This document shows, piece by piece, positions 43,644 to 56,756 of a stretch of 64,000 nt of DNA; positions within the stretch are counted from its first letter, which is position 1; every line of letters begins with the position of its first letter. The DNA comes from Balanoglossus misakiensis (taxonomy: Eukaryota; Animalia; Hemichordata): assembly GCA_040954595.2 (NCBI GenBank), contig CM082593.2, forward strand, positions 6,146,172-6,210,171. Reading direction: 5' to 3'. Position numbers and translations under genes: made by a program. Below the pieces are notes generated by a model, which was not told the DNA's origin, ran no database searches, and worked only from the letters and a program-made list of their open reading frames with translations.

Positions 43644-46600
43644 CAGATCACGAAAAGACGAACAGACAACCACATCACTTGACTGCAACTAGAGATAACA
43701 AATCAGCCCGGAGAACGATTTGGTATCCTAGCAACAAAAATTTGCTGCTTGCAATTAATTATAAACTTGATAAAAGTTTTCATGTGAGGCCTCCCAAATT
43801 GTTGTATAATTATGACTCTCATTCTGCCGTTTGGAAGGGTGTGTGTGTGTGTGTTAAGGGCTCGGGTGAGCTTAGGTTTCAAACCATCCACGATTTTAAA
43901 AGTCTTCCTACAGCACTGATAGCTCAACTCTGTCTTGTTCAGCTTTTCATTCACGATGCACAGCTTTTTGTCATTTCATGGGCCATCGTTATTCAAGCCT
44001 CATTTTTGCATGGACAAAATTAAAATCATTTTTTTCACCTCATACATGAGCTTAGTGCTTTTGCATCTGTCTATCAGGTGACTGACACATGACTTGCTGT
44101 CAGGTGACTGTTGATTCTTCTGCAGTCAAGTGAAGGTGTTAGGCTAACTGCAGTTGCTATGTAGTGTTGTTATGCAATTTCTCACAGAATGAGTCTTTTC
44201 ATACTCAGCAGTTCCCAATCACATTTCAAGCAAGTCAAAAAATGCCATCCTCTAGCAGTTATCAGTAACTGCAGTTGTCATGTTTTGTGGAATATTTTCC
44301 TCGTTGAAATTCATACAATTTTATATGTGTATACATGTATACTAGAATGATTATCAAACGGTGTTAACTTTGTAAGAGGCTTCAGAAATGCATTGTTTTT
44401 CCATCACTGTGTTGAGGGAGCATAATCATGATGATGATTTTCATGGCTAATAATAGCCAGTGTCGTGATACTGTTTTGTTTCAAGTTTTGATTTTTGAGG
44501 ACTCACATGAAAACTGATTTAATCTTCTCTAGAAACCATCAGGGAACCTTTCTCTGCATTTTTTTTCGTGTCAAAGTCATTTATTAAATTGTCCAAATAT
44601 TTCTGCCGTGTACCGTTCTATTCAATGCAGTAAAAGCCAGGTTCTGTCACATTCTGGCTGTGTCCGCCAGCTGCCCTAGGGAGTCTAGCAGTCAACTTAG
44701 GCATGAATGAGCCAATCGGAATGGCTACTGCAGTAACCTGATTCCTTAGGCAAGTGATATATTGTTGCTGACTCCCTAGGAGTGCAGAAGCTAATCTGCC
44801 AATCGGCTGATCACACTTAGATAAGGCTCCCTAGAAGTGGAATAAAAGTCAAACATTTGGCATGTAAACATAACTGTCTCGTCACAGTACTGTACTGTTC
44901 TAAAATGAAATTTGTAAATGTTTTTCCTCTGTAAATGTACTTAGATATTTGTCATTGTAGTCTGAGAATTAATGCAAAATATAAAAGTCGGTGCTTTTAT
45001 GATTTACCACGTTTCGGCTGACAAAAAAATTTCAGAATGTGACAGTCTTTTAAATGATGACAATATTGTGAATCTGACAGGTTTGTGCTGTAATTACTTT
45101 TATGGCTTGTACAAATGCTGCGTGATAATGCATAGTGGGGGTTGATTATTCAAGAAACTTAGATGGGTGGGGTTACTTGGGGAAGGGAGTTGAACATTGC
45201 AAAGTACTTGCCTGTGTAAAGTGTGTCTGTATATGTTGGTACTGTTTTTTTTTGTCTGTATAATACAAACAAGAAATTTTACGAAAACTTTGACATTTTT
45301 GTCTCCATTTTTTTCCTTTTTTTACTATTACTTTATAATTACTCTTGTAGTGTGACTGATAATGGCAACGTGTTTGACAATCAGAAATGGCTTAGAATAT
45401 TGAGCACCTGTATCTACCATTTTGGAGGCAGCCATGAGTTCAAGAACTTGACAAGCCATACTACAACAGCCCTCCAAACAAACTAAATGAGTTTGACCAC
45501 CTAAGTCAGTGACAATTAGTGCATACAGATGACTAGATTTTCAAGATGGTGGAATTCAGCTAAAATCTTATTTTCTTCAGCCACTCTATTTGAGGGATTT
45601 CTACAAAGGAATGATGCATATGCAAAGCTGTATTGAATTTAGTAGACGAGCAGATTTTGGGTGTATTTCCAAATTTGCTGTAAATTTTGAGGCAACTCTT
45701 TAACCATCTTCAAAATTAAATTGAAAGTCATTACTAGTTTCATAAAATATTACATGTACCTGATATCATAATTCAGTCACTCTACAAGATTCAGATGTCA
45801 ATTTGTAATCCCAGTTCAATTAAAAAAGAAACCAAAACTATTGTGTGAATACTCCCATCTGCTTGAGTCACTGTCTCCAGATAATATGCAAAAATAGTTC
45901 TTAACCATCAGATCCCGTGATTTGGGATATAAAAACTTCTCTTGAAACTTTTATAGCGCAAAACTATAAACATGTTCACCTCATGACTCTATAGTTTCAC
46001 CCATGCCCAAATTAAAACAATGGGGTCGTACCATGTTGTGATAGTGAAAAGGTTATAATGGCTTGTGTCGTACGAGGAAAATATTGAATCTTGTCTGCTC
46101 TGATTATGTAACTAAAGGATGCATTTGATGTACATGTATCACAAATTTTTCTCTTTGTTCTGAATTCAGTTACCATATTTGCTTCAAATTCAAATAGTGA
46201 ACAGTCCAAAATGCAATCTTTTCCATCAAACGTTATTTACGTGTAAAAACAATTGCCCTATTTTGATCTCTAGACGCCATGCCATGTCTTTGTAGTGTAA
46301 TTACAGATGTCATTTGTATAAAAAAAAAAAAACTAAGAAAAAAATTGTAGAGGATGTAGTTCTGATTTTTGTGAACAATTTTTTTGTTTTCATAGTTTTG
46401 AGATTTTTGGTCATTTAGATAGGAGAATGTACAAAATATGTCAACAATAAAAATTAAATGGTTTCCCTGACAGTAAACATTGTGATGTCTTCATTTTCGG
46501 TTGTAACAGTGGTAGTTGTATCATTTTCGCAAAGATGGACTGGAAATCAAAACACAAATTTTCTGACATACCCATACCCTCCACCCCCGAAATCAAATGG

Positions 46601-48114
46601 TTCTCCCCTAAGGATACACATACTGTATGAGACAGAGAATAATGTCTTTTCTTGGATATTGGTATTAAAATCTTTGTATTTTATGTCTATATGAAATATA
46701 TAATAATCACCGTTAGTGTAAATACAAGCAGTTATCTTTAAAAAATATAGCATAAAATATATAACTTGCATAATTCCTCTACTCTTCTTTAAGTCTCCCT
46801 ACGTCCATTACTCAGAATTTTATCAAATGATTGTTTGATGTACATCTATTGTCCCTTTAAAGAGAAAATTTCTTTATGCTTATGCATGATATTTAGCTGG
46901 TCAACAGTAACTGTAATGATATATTCAGGTTACTATGACATGTAGAATAAGGACCTTGTGTTTGATACACAGACTATTAAAAGATGCAATGAAAAAATAG
47001 CTAGAGGTTAAAGCTTATGTCCCTTTAAGGCAAACTCCAGTCAGTTTGCCGATTGTACATTTTACATGTATATACAAACATGCTGAATTCAGAAAAGCAT
47101 GAACATATCAGTGCTATTATCATCACTAGGGGGCGCTATAAAAGATGGGTACAAAACCTTTATCTGAAAAATATAAATTAAACTTATCTAGTATTTGTTC
47201 ATTCACAAGAAAATACAACAGGATTATAGTAAAGTGATTGATTGGTCTTTGAGAAAATGATAAATATTTTTTTTTATTTGTGACCAGAACATTGGTTCAG
47301 TTGCACCATTTTGATAAAATGTAAATTTTGCCTATAACTCTACAAGTACAAGTGTCAAACTTTCCCTAGCTTATACTATTTTGCATAGATTCTAAAGTTT
47401 GTAAAAACATTCCAAGTGAAGTAACTAGCCACAAGTCCCAATATTATTTACATATCAACCTGAAAATTCTAAATAGGTTGTTTGTATATATATTCAGCTC
47501 AAACTCTTACAACAAAGTTGATTGAAGATGCACTAAAATGTTCTGTCGGCTACACTTGTATTAAATCCACAATCTGTAACATTTCAGTGTTTTTTTCTGT
47601 GACCAATCCTATCTCATGAGATTTTACAGTTTAAAGGCACAAAGTTATTATTGCTATCATTTCTTGTGATTTGTGGAATTAAACAACCAAGCAGTTCATG
47701 TTGTGTCTTACTGAATTATCAACACAGCTGCTCTCAATAAGTTCGTCAATACAAACACCAAAACACCAAATGTAATATTTGGTGTGTACAAAAAATTAAG
47801 TCAATGGCCTGGATCAGCATGAGACTGCTCAGTTGAATAGAAAGGCACTTGAAGATATTATATAAAAGAGCACTTTAGCCATGAACAGACAGTCAAATCC
47901 AGCCATCAGCCAACCATGAGATGACTAAAAACTGGTTTAGTCAAGATTGCAAATAACAGTCAGTATTGAGTTGATCCAAATGCTGATAAATCGACCAGAC
48001 GTCAGCCATCACGTACAACCTTTGACACAGGCGTAGCTCTCTCTCTAAGAGAGCTAAAGGCATCACCTTCTCAGCAGCCATTTTAAATTCTTCTTGCAAA
48101 TGCAGCTTTGTTAC

Positions 48115-51000
48115 CTAGATGCCATGTTTTTTGGAGAAGATTTCAAGATCCTTCAGCAGCTGTTGATTTCTTTCCTCGGCCTGAACTCTGCCTTTGGCCT
48201 GTGAAAACATGAAGACAATTCTTAATTAGAAAGACATTTTAAACCTTTAATCACCATGGTTATTAAGTATACAACACTGGGATAGAAAGTAGTAAATACT
48301 GAGTTATCACATTCAAAGCAAGGGTTAAAATTACCTCGTTTTTCAGCATGATTTCCAAAGCATCATAATTCTTTTGCAGATGGTTCATTTTGTGTTCATA
48401 CATGTCTCGCTGTTTTTTCAGTTCCTCCTTCAGAGCATGTACTTGCATCTGCAGATCTGTGTAGGACAGGGTCATGTCTGGAGCGTTGGCGCTCGGACCG
48501 CTGTCCTGCTGCGGCCTCTTGGGCACTTTTGGTGGTGCCACCGGGGCCGGTCGGGCGGGGACCATGGGCGTCTTGCGCGGCGCGGCCGAATCTACGTGCC
48601 GGTCAGGTTCTTCCTTTTTGCCGGCAGTGCCGTTGCTGATGTCGACGAGTGTGTTTATGACCGTCACTGTCCCACTCTGGCTGTTCTCGATCCCCTTCGA
48701 GTCGGCATTCACCGGGGATTGCTTCGGTACGTGCGCGACGTCCGCGCCAGCAGATTTCACGTCCGTCGGTCTCTGCGTTCCGCCGGGTACAAGAGGCATT
48801 AGCAACTCGGACGGCAGAGGCAACGGATCTGATGTGAGCAAATCTGGCGTCAGAAGGTCGACGGCCGGTTTGGGATGATGGCTCACCGGGGGATCCGGCG
48901 CCCTCGCTGGCGGATGTGGACGGGGCGGTGGCCGCTGCACTTTCTCGACCTTGCTCTCCTGCTGACTCTTATCCTCGTACCCCGAAAAGTCAATCTGGTC
49001 GTTTTTCGGGAACATGCCCTCGCAGTCGTCGATCAGAAGCACCATCAACTGATGGCTCAGATTGGCGTTCTCCATCAACGACTGCGGGTCCTCCTCGTCG
49101 GAACGAAAGATGTTCGGGCCGAAGACAGTGGCTAAATTCCGGAGTCCCATCTTATTCTTGCTCTCATGGTCCTTCACATTGTGAAGAAATTCACACAAAT
49201 ACTTCAGCACGTTATAATTGACACGGGGTAAGAATGCTAACTGTAGAATCAAAGCCTCCCTTCCCTTCCTCTCATCTTTGTTCACCACTCTCAAAGTTTC
49301 TAAGATCGGTTGATAGTGGTCCACCGGTATCAGCGGTTCCGGCAGATGTCTCAGATATAACTTGAGTAAGGACGCCACGCTGTGGACATCAGCCCCCATG
49401 TCTTCAAAGTCTGGTTTCTTCCCGATATCGTAGGCTTCTTGTAGCTGCTTCACCAGTGCAGTCCGTCCTGCAAGTCTGACATACATGTACAAAACATGAC
49501 ATGTACATGGGGACCCTACATCATGTATATCACATCACCTTGTGTTACATTGCACTGCACCATAAGCAATGCTCGGTTTCCAGACTACAGCAAAATGGGT
49601 TATTTTACACCCAGCTGGTATGAGTGCATTATGGGTAGACTCACTTGTAAACGCAACCATCCCAGGACCATAACATTACGGCAAATTCTGATTTTGCAAA
49701 TCATAAAAAACATTATGAGTAGATTTCCATGGTTACAAGGAAGAGAGTATCTACCTGAATATTCCTTCTTCCTCGAGTCCCTTTTCACGGAGAAATGTCA
49801 CACAGTGTTCAATGATAGCTGGGATTTTCTTAGTACTTGATGTACTCTCCGTGGTTATAATGTCGATCAGACTCTGTCCAAATATACCTACAAATATACA
49901 TACAAACAATATTTCAATTTATTTTTCACATGAACAGTATTCCTATCAAGCTGATGACTGAAACCTGCTGTGTAGTCGACTGGTAGAAACAAAGGTCACT
50001 GAAGGTCACACGCTTATCTTTCCTGTTTTGTGCAGATACAATACGACTGGAAGTTAATGCAAGCTACTTCCTGCACTGTGTTTCATTACAGTTTAGATTA
50101 TATCAGTCAATGAGGTTATCCCATGGACGATATGGAAGTGTGTTTTGTATCGGCTATTTTTCAACAAAAGACACAGTTCCAAGATTGCTTTTACAAAGTC
50201 CATTTCAGTTTTGAAATTGTTTAACACTGAAACCACAATACATCTGCTCACATAAAAATCCACAGAAGTTATATTCTCTGTCTCCAGTGCCACAAAACAA
50301 TTTACTCAAAAGATCTATTGCATTCAATTTCATCCAAAAATAAGTCCCCAAGGTAGTTCTATACAAGAAAAAGGAACTTACCTCCCCCAACATGACTGTA
50401 CATGACTCTGCGTACCATTCTCACCCACTCATCTCTGTCTGCTTGGCTGTTTGCCCATAACAAGAATGTTTCATGGTTTGATGTAATTTTTTGTTGGCCT
50501 TCTCCTGTATGGAAATAACGTAAAGCAATACAAACATTTTTTTCAGAGTTAAATTGTACAAGTCTTTGTAAGAAAGAACACTACATACCAGTATACAGTC
50601 CAGCTACTGTCATTAACAGTTATATGATAATGAATTTGAAGGAGAAAATAGTTAAAATATCCACAGTTCTGTCATCATTTACAGATATTCGATATCCTCT
50701 ACAGATATTTTAAATCAATCTATGATCTCTGATGAAACACCAATGACACTTTTACTCACCTGGGATTATTTCAAATAAATATTTATTTGGTTCGTCCGCG
50801 TTGAATGGATGAACAGCGACCTGGTTTCCAGGTAGAGAGATGGTTCCCATCTGTTTATTTTCGTCGTCTTTGGTGAAATATTTCATTTCCTGACCGACAA
50901 GAATAAACCATCTCCTTTGCCAGTTTTTCACCATTCCTCCCTGCTTTTTCAGCCATCCTTTGTGTATAACTTCAGGTTGTAGTGATGGGCCTAAATTCAT
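48115..51000 (-). CDS. ARHGAP24: PH-RhoGAP-coiled-coil protein of the ARHGAP22/24/25 (FilGAP) family
   Basis: Exons 51000-50760, ~50504-50382, ~49887-49754, ~49476-48335, ~48198-48115: KGWLKKQGGMVKNWQRRWF (PH), GGGIFGQSL, GLEEEGIFRLAG, DVHSVASLLKLYLRHLPEPLIP, NKMGLRNLATVFGPNI, Pro-rich linker, C-terminal coiled coil (AEERNQQLLKDLE). Confidence 0.92.
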
Positions 51001-54000
51001 GTTGTCGATTTCATTGACCGGGTTTCTTTAGAACCTGAGAAGTTGTGTAAGAAACCCTGGAAGAATGTACAATTATGAAGCGGTAAGTTAGGGTTGGGTT
51101 ATTATAAAGTAGTTTCCGCTTACTTGTAAAAATCACCTCACGCGCAGGTGGATCATAGTCAATCAGGCCTGTGAAACTGAACAACATCACATACTTAGAA
51201 AGATCAATAAATACAAAAACCCGGAAGTTGAAAGGCCAAAAAGAGTAGGAAGGAAGGCGGCGCCCGATTCTTTACTCAGGAATTGTAGGTAGTTTTCGTT
51301 GCCAACAATAGTAAAACTTGACCGTACCTCCTTAAAGTCAGGCGAGGACAGAAGAAACCCTAAACTTTCCAAATAAACGACCAACAACAAACTTACTTCC
51401 CCAAATCAGTGGCTGTGACATCAATAAAGTACAGTTCTCGTGTTCGACGAGAGTGTACGTGATGTTATTCTGTACCCATCAATTATCTGACCAATCACTT
51501 TTAGCTCGTTCCATATTGACTTGAAGGGGTGGCAACTTGCCATTTAGTTAAAAAGTTTGAATTTATTTGTTATACATCCATATCTTGGCCACGTAAATGC
51601 CACATTACGAGTCAAAACTTTGTTTAAAAAATTATGAACTAGAAATTTTCTTCTTTACCTTTACGAATCCAATATTCTGCTGTACGAGCATTCCGCTTGT
51701 ACACATAAATAGTTACACCAACCCGCTATTGTTATTGCCAGAGGATCAACGTTCATCCATGGCGCTCTACAAATGATCGGCTTTTTACTATGGAAATTTT
51801 GAACTAGCTACGCGTTTTGTTGTTTAAGACTTAACTCTGTTACGGTATTTGGAACTCCTCGGTCCCGTAAATACTGTTCGATGTAGACCTGGTTGCAGAT
51901 CGACGGATCGTACATCAAAAATTGTCCGGGAGGTGTAGATGCGGAGTGTGGCCATGGGGTTTCCTGGATCCGTTGGATACACATTCTGATCGTGGATAAC
52001 TGAACTGTTGCAGAAAATTATTTGTGCTGGAGATACGCCGCAATTAGCGTTCTTTCTGATTGGACTCGTGACATTGTTTTGGGTAATATCTTCGCCTTGT
52101 GCATATTGTGGAATTTGCGATATTGGTGGATTTTAACCGCAAGCGATACACACACTATAATACCGGTGTTCTTTTGGAAGACATCATTTGTTGTGATCAG
52201 TTGACCATTTCATGTAGAAAGGCCAATGCAACGTGGCTGATGGTATCGGACTGATTCTAAACGCACCAAGACCGGGATATTGTTTACATCGAGATGTTGT
52301 TAAAAGTCTAAAAAGGTAGGTGTTAATGGCGTTGTTATGTTTTGTGTCCGTGTGACCTGACATGAACCGAAGTGAAATGGACATCACAAGTTGTCGCATA
52401 TTCCAAACGATCTGATAGGCTGATCAGCAGTTTTCATCCAGCTGCAGCTACGTTTTATTGGCTGTGCCAAAATTACGAAATCACAAAAATACTATCCCTC
52501 CTTGCCTGCCACCTGTCCAGTCATAACAAAAACACTAAACGCGATTGGGCGTTATCAGTTAGGTACATCTGGTAATCAGGTCGCATGACCTGAAGTTTGC
52601 AAGTTCAATCAATGTTCATTGCTTGGTTGTGTTCAAATGTTAGGTCAGAGAAAAACACCGACAGACAACGCGAAGTCGTAATCATTTCCTACTTTACAAA
52701 ATCAAGCACTTTGTCCAGCAACAACAGCGCACAAGTTACAGCGATCACTAAATTACATAACTGTAATGCACAATTTCACAATGTGAATTTCATAGGGACA
52801 GTGTTATTGCATGAACACTTGATGATCATTCAGAGAATAGAGATGGTCATTGTTGAACAGAGTATTGCTTGCTCAACAGTTTTAGCAACTTGGCCCTGGC
52901 CCTCTTTCACAAAATATACATGTACAGATCAATTTTCCACAGGCATGCCATGATCTGTGGGTGTGTACATGTATTTCCAAACCATATTATTAGTGAAATT
53001 ATTTTTATAATTCATAATTTAAGGGTGTGGTTGGTGTTCCCTGACTCATGCAATTGTACCATGGTCTATCTGCAGCCACCCTCTGCACACACAGAGACTG
53101 ACACACACTGGTTTTCTTATGATTTTTTGATAATACATAATGATACATTGTATGTTAGTTTTGGAATAAATAGAGCTTGATTTATTTTATTAATGGATGA
53201 ATGATTTTGATAAATATGTAGATGGCTACCATATAGATCCACTTCAGTGGGATGAGGTGACCAGTCTGATGCAGTAATGATGGCCAGATGTTAGCGCGTA
53301 TGTTTACATGTGCATTGTACACTAAATATCAATCATGACTCATCTTTCAAGCTTGTAAACCTGATAACCCATTCTATTGTCCAAAATGAACTGTATCTGA
53401 ACCAGTATCTGACACAGTGGTAGGGACTAGCTCTACCTGGCTGTGTTGAGCTGAGTTCTGAGACTGCCACTTAAAGTTCTGTGCATATAATGAACAAAAA
53501 GTGATGATTTTCCTTATCATTAGTTTTGATTCGTCCATTCAATACATTATGGCACTGCTCTTATATATCATGTATTATGTGTATGGTTGATTAATTAAAA
53601 CTGACATTGATTTTCTTGTAATTGATAAGTGATTAATTTATGTTATTCATTGTAGCTAAAGAAGCAACACATGTTTCCAGCCCTCAGAATAACTGCAGGC
53701 ATATTGAGTAAAGATGAAGTTAGCTGTTCCCTTAGTTTGTATGCACTGCATAATTTGGTAGCCTGGCTGATAAGGACACACAGCCTTTAAACTCAGCAAA
53801 ACTGTCACAGTCCATCATAAATCAGGTTTATATCAAACGCGCCATTGTACGCAGCTGCTAATGTATGTGTAGATCACACTAGTATGTGTAATCACATTTG
53901 TATCAGATAATCCCCAGTGTTTAGCTCCAGGTGTTTTTGACACTCCTTACGAATTCTCCAGTGAGATGCTGTCGTTCACATCCATCAGTGCTCTTGGCAA

Positions 54001-55018
54001 CAAGTGTGTGGTACATTTCAGAGTCATTGTTGTCCCATGCGTGATGTTGGGGAATACAGGTGATAAAACTTAACACACAAAGTTGTTGAACTTTGATCCC
54101 TTGTCTTGTATTCTGCACTATGTGAAAATCACTCTGTCATGAATGCTGACAATTATACTGATAATGTACTTCTGAAATAGATTTATCATTAAAATTAATC
54201 AATAAACAAAATCCCATCCTTTTAAAAAGTGTTCATAAATTATGCCCTATGATTATTTTGCTTATTTATGATTTGATAATTTTTATGTATCTGCATCACC
54301 TTGACATGAATTGTATTTGGAGTGCAACTTCATTGTTTACATGTACTTCGGTGGTGCGCAGTTATCAGAGTTGAAATCTTCGTAAATGGTCCAAGTTTAA
54401 GATAGTGTCTGCAAGTACAGTGTATGTGTGATGTTCTGCCATGATTTGGCAACATTTCAACCTTGGGGAATGCTGAAGTTGTTACTGAAGAATTTCTGTA
54501 AGTTCCAAGTTGGCTTGCTTGTGTCTTCGCCAAAACCGGAGATACGTAAAAAAAATCTTAACAATAAATTCTTGGAGACATTTAACTCATTCTACAGGCA
54601 GATTACCTGTGCGTTAGACATCGTAATGGCTTTTGGCTTGGGCAGACAATGCCGGGTCGCAGTCGTCAACACCGAATACAATGGCTTTGTGGTACTGACA
54701 GTGCATGCCTGGACATGGTTGGCATGCCAAGCCGCGGAATTGTGTAATAAGACAATTGTCTGTTTTAAACACTGCATTGTTTACCCATGTTTGGCCACCA
54801 GTTCATACAGTATCGTTTCATCGCAGCATTTTATCTGTCGCGAGATCTTTTAGACCATCCACAAGCTCGGTGATATTTGAACAAGATGTTGAAAATATGG
54901 AGACCACTTGACACGAGTGTAGATTTGGAAAGAGGGCAATCTGACAAAGAAACTGGGTCGTTTGACGGTATTGCCACTGGTTTTGCTGTAATAAATCAAC
55001 TTGAGCAGGATACCAGAG

Positions 55019-56139
55019 CAGGCCTCGAAAATTTTTTTCATAACCCACTTGCCATCGGGCAAGCAAATTTTCAATTTCACTTGCCCCCCAAGAAAAGTGA
55101 CTTGCCCCAACCTTGCCACTGTTCCTCCCATTTCGGAAGGTAGTTTCTTTGGCGTTTGTCTGCATCTTAACGCTGATGCTTTGACCGTGCGTCACTTTCA
55201 GAAGCGCCCTCAGATTCAGAGAGGTCACGTCGTTTCTTTGAGTCAGTTGACCCAGATGCGTTCTATGAAAAATAACGCAAGAGACTCATGGCTGTTTTTC
55301 AAATCTCTGCCTAGTCTGGTTCCCTGCCCCAATCCCACCGCTGGCTGCGCTACGCTAAAGGGAAAGGGTCAGGCACGGCCTATTGTAAACATGGCTCTCA
55401 TTGGTCAATACATACGAAAATTAAGTTGTTAAATTGATAAGTTGTTGTAAGATACTCATTTCCCGTTCTCTCCTTCACCTCCATGAATGTTTATCATTCG
55501 ATTTCCAACTTTACAACAAACGAAACAAAATAAACTGCTTGGATGAATCTTGACTGGCATACGGACATTGGAGGCATCCATCTTGTTTCACACCCAGGTT
55601 TCTGGGTGTGAAATCGGGCCGTACCTGACCCCTTTCCCTTTAGCGTAGCGCAGCCAGCGGTGGGATTGGGGCAGGGAACCAGACTAATCTCTGCCACCGT
55701 CGGCTTACGAGAGTCGTAACTGAATTTATTTTGAACCATTCTAATTTGAATTTGACTAGTTAGATCGACCATTTCATTGGTTTTTCCAATAAAAATAGCA
55801 ACTGCATCTAGCAATACGATTACGCGTAATTTGACAATGCAACAAAATCTGACAGTCGCCCATCACAATATTGCTACACTGTATCATGACTTTATGTAAA
55901 AGAACTTTGAAAAAAAATCAGTGGGCTCGTGTTTTGCATTCAAGCCGATTGCCAGCTGTGATAGCGGTAAACTCAAAGAAAGTTGACATTTCTGATAGCT
56001 GGGCATTAGCCACAACATGACCATGGTCTCCCTATCGCCGTGACACTTGCCCGTCGGGCGGCAGGAATTTTGATTTTACTTGCCCGGACGTAAATTTCAC
56101 TTGCCACGGGCGTCGGGCGGCGGGAATTTTCGAGCCCTG
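55019..56139. mobile_element. Non-autonomous hAT-like DNA transposon in the PTPN13 5' intron
   Basis: TIRs caggcctcgaaaatt / aattttcgagccctg; repeated subterminal (c)acttgcc motifs at both ends; ccagag directly flanks both ends. Confidence 0.75.
55312..55686. mobile_element. Nested 375-bp MITE with ~68-bp TIRs (TAGTCT...AGACTA) and a 9-bp TSD
   Basis: atctctgcc|tagtctggttccctgccccaatcccaccgctggctgcgctacgctaaaggga... ...tccctttagcgtagcgcagccagcggtgggattggggcagggaaccagacta|atctctgcc. Confidence 0.9.
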
Positions 56140-56756
56140 CCAGAGTTAACTTATGAATACTCTGTCTGAGCAACAGGTACAAACTACATGTATCTGTCAT
56201 ATAGCCAACAGCTTGACAACAGATTTCAGCAGAAAATGAAAATTCTCGAAATAGTTTGCCGATTTCATACATGTTCATATCAGATCATATCTACATGTAC
56301 TCTCCTGCATAAATTAATATATTTGGAGTACAAACATTTTCAAACACAAAATGTTAGCGTACGGGATATACAATAATACATGTATACATGATGATGAAAA
56401 TTTTACCAATAGTTCTTGTATTGTCATATTTTGGACTGAACTGACCTTGAAGTCCAATTAAATGACCCACTTTTTATGCAATGCTTTGTTGGAATATTGA
56501 TTAGTTTGAGTTTTATACCATGTACTGGTAATACATTTGTATGTCAACTGGTCTGTATGACTATGGCAAAACTAATGCAGGTAGAACTTTGAAAGTTTAC
56601 ACAATCAGTTTTTATGAGCAAAGAATAATTTCTGAGGGTATGTGTGGGTAGTCACTTGTTATGGAGAAATGACAATTAAGTGAAAATAATGGATTACAGA
56701 TTGTCACACTATTAAAAACTAAAACATGCTTTTCTCTGTAATTTTTTCTCCTGCAG

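Noticed and set aside
48374-49221. Plus-strand ORFs overlapping the large ARHGAP exon
   Set aside because: Antisense shadows of a GC-rich coding exon.
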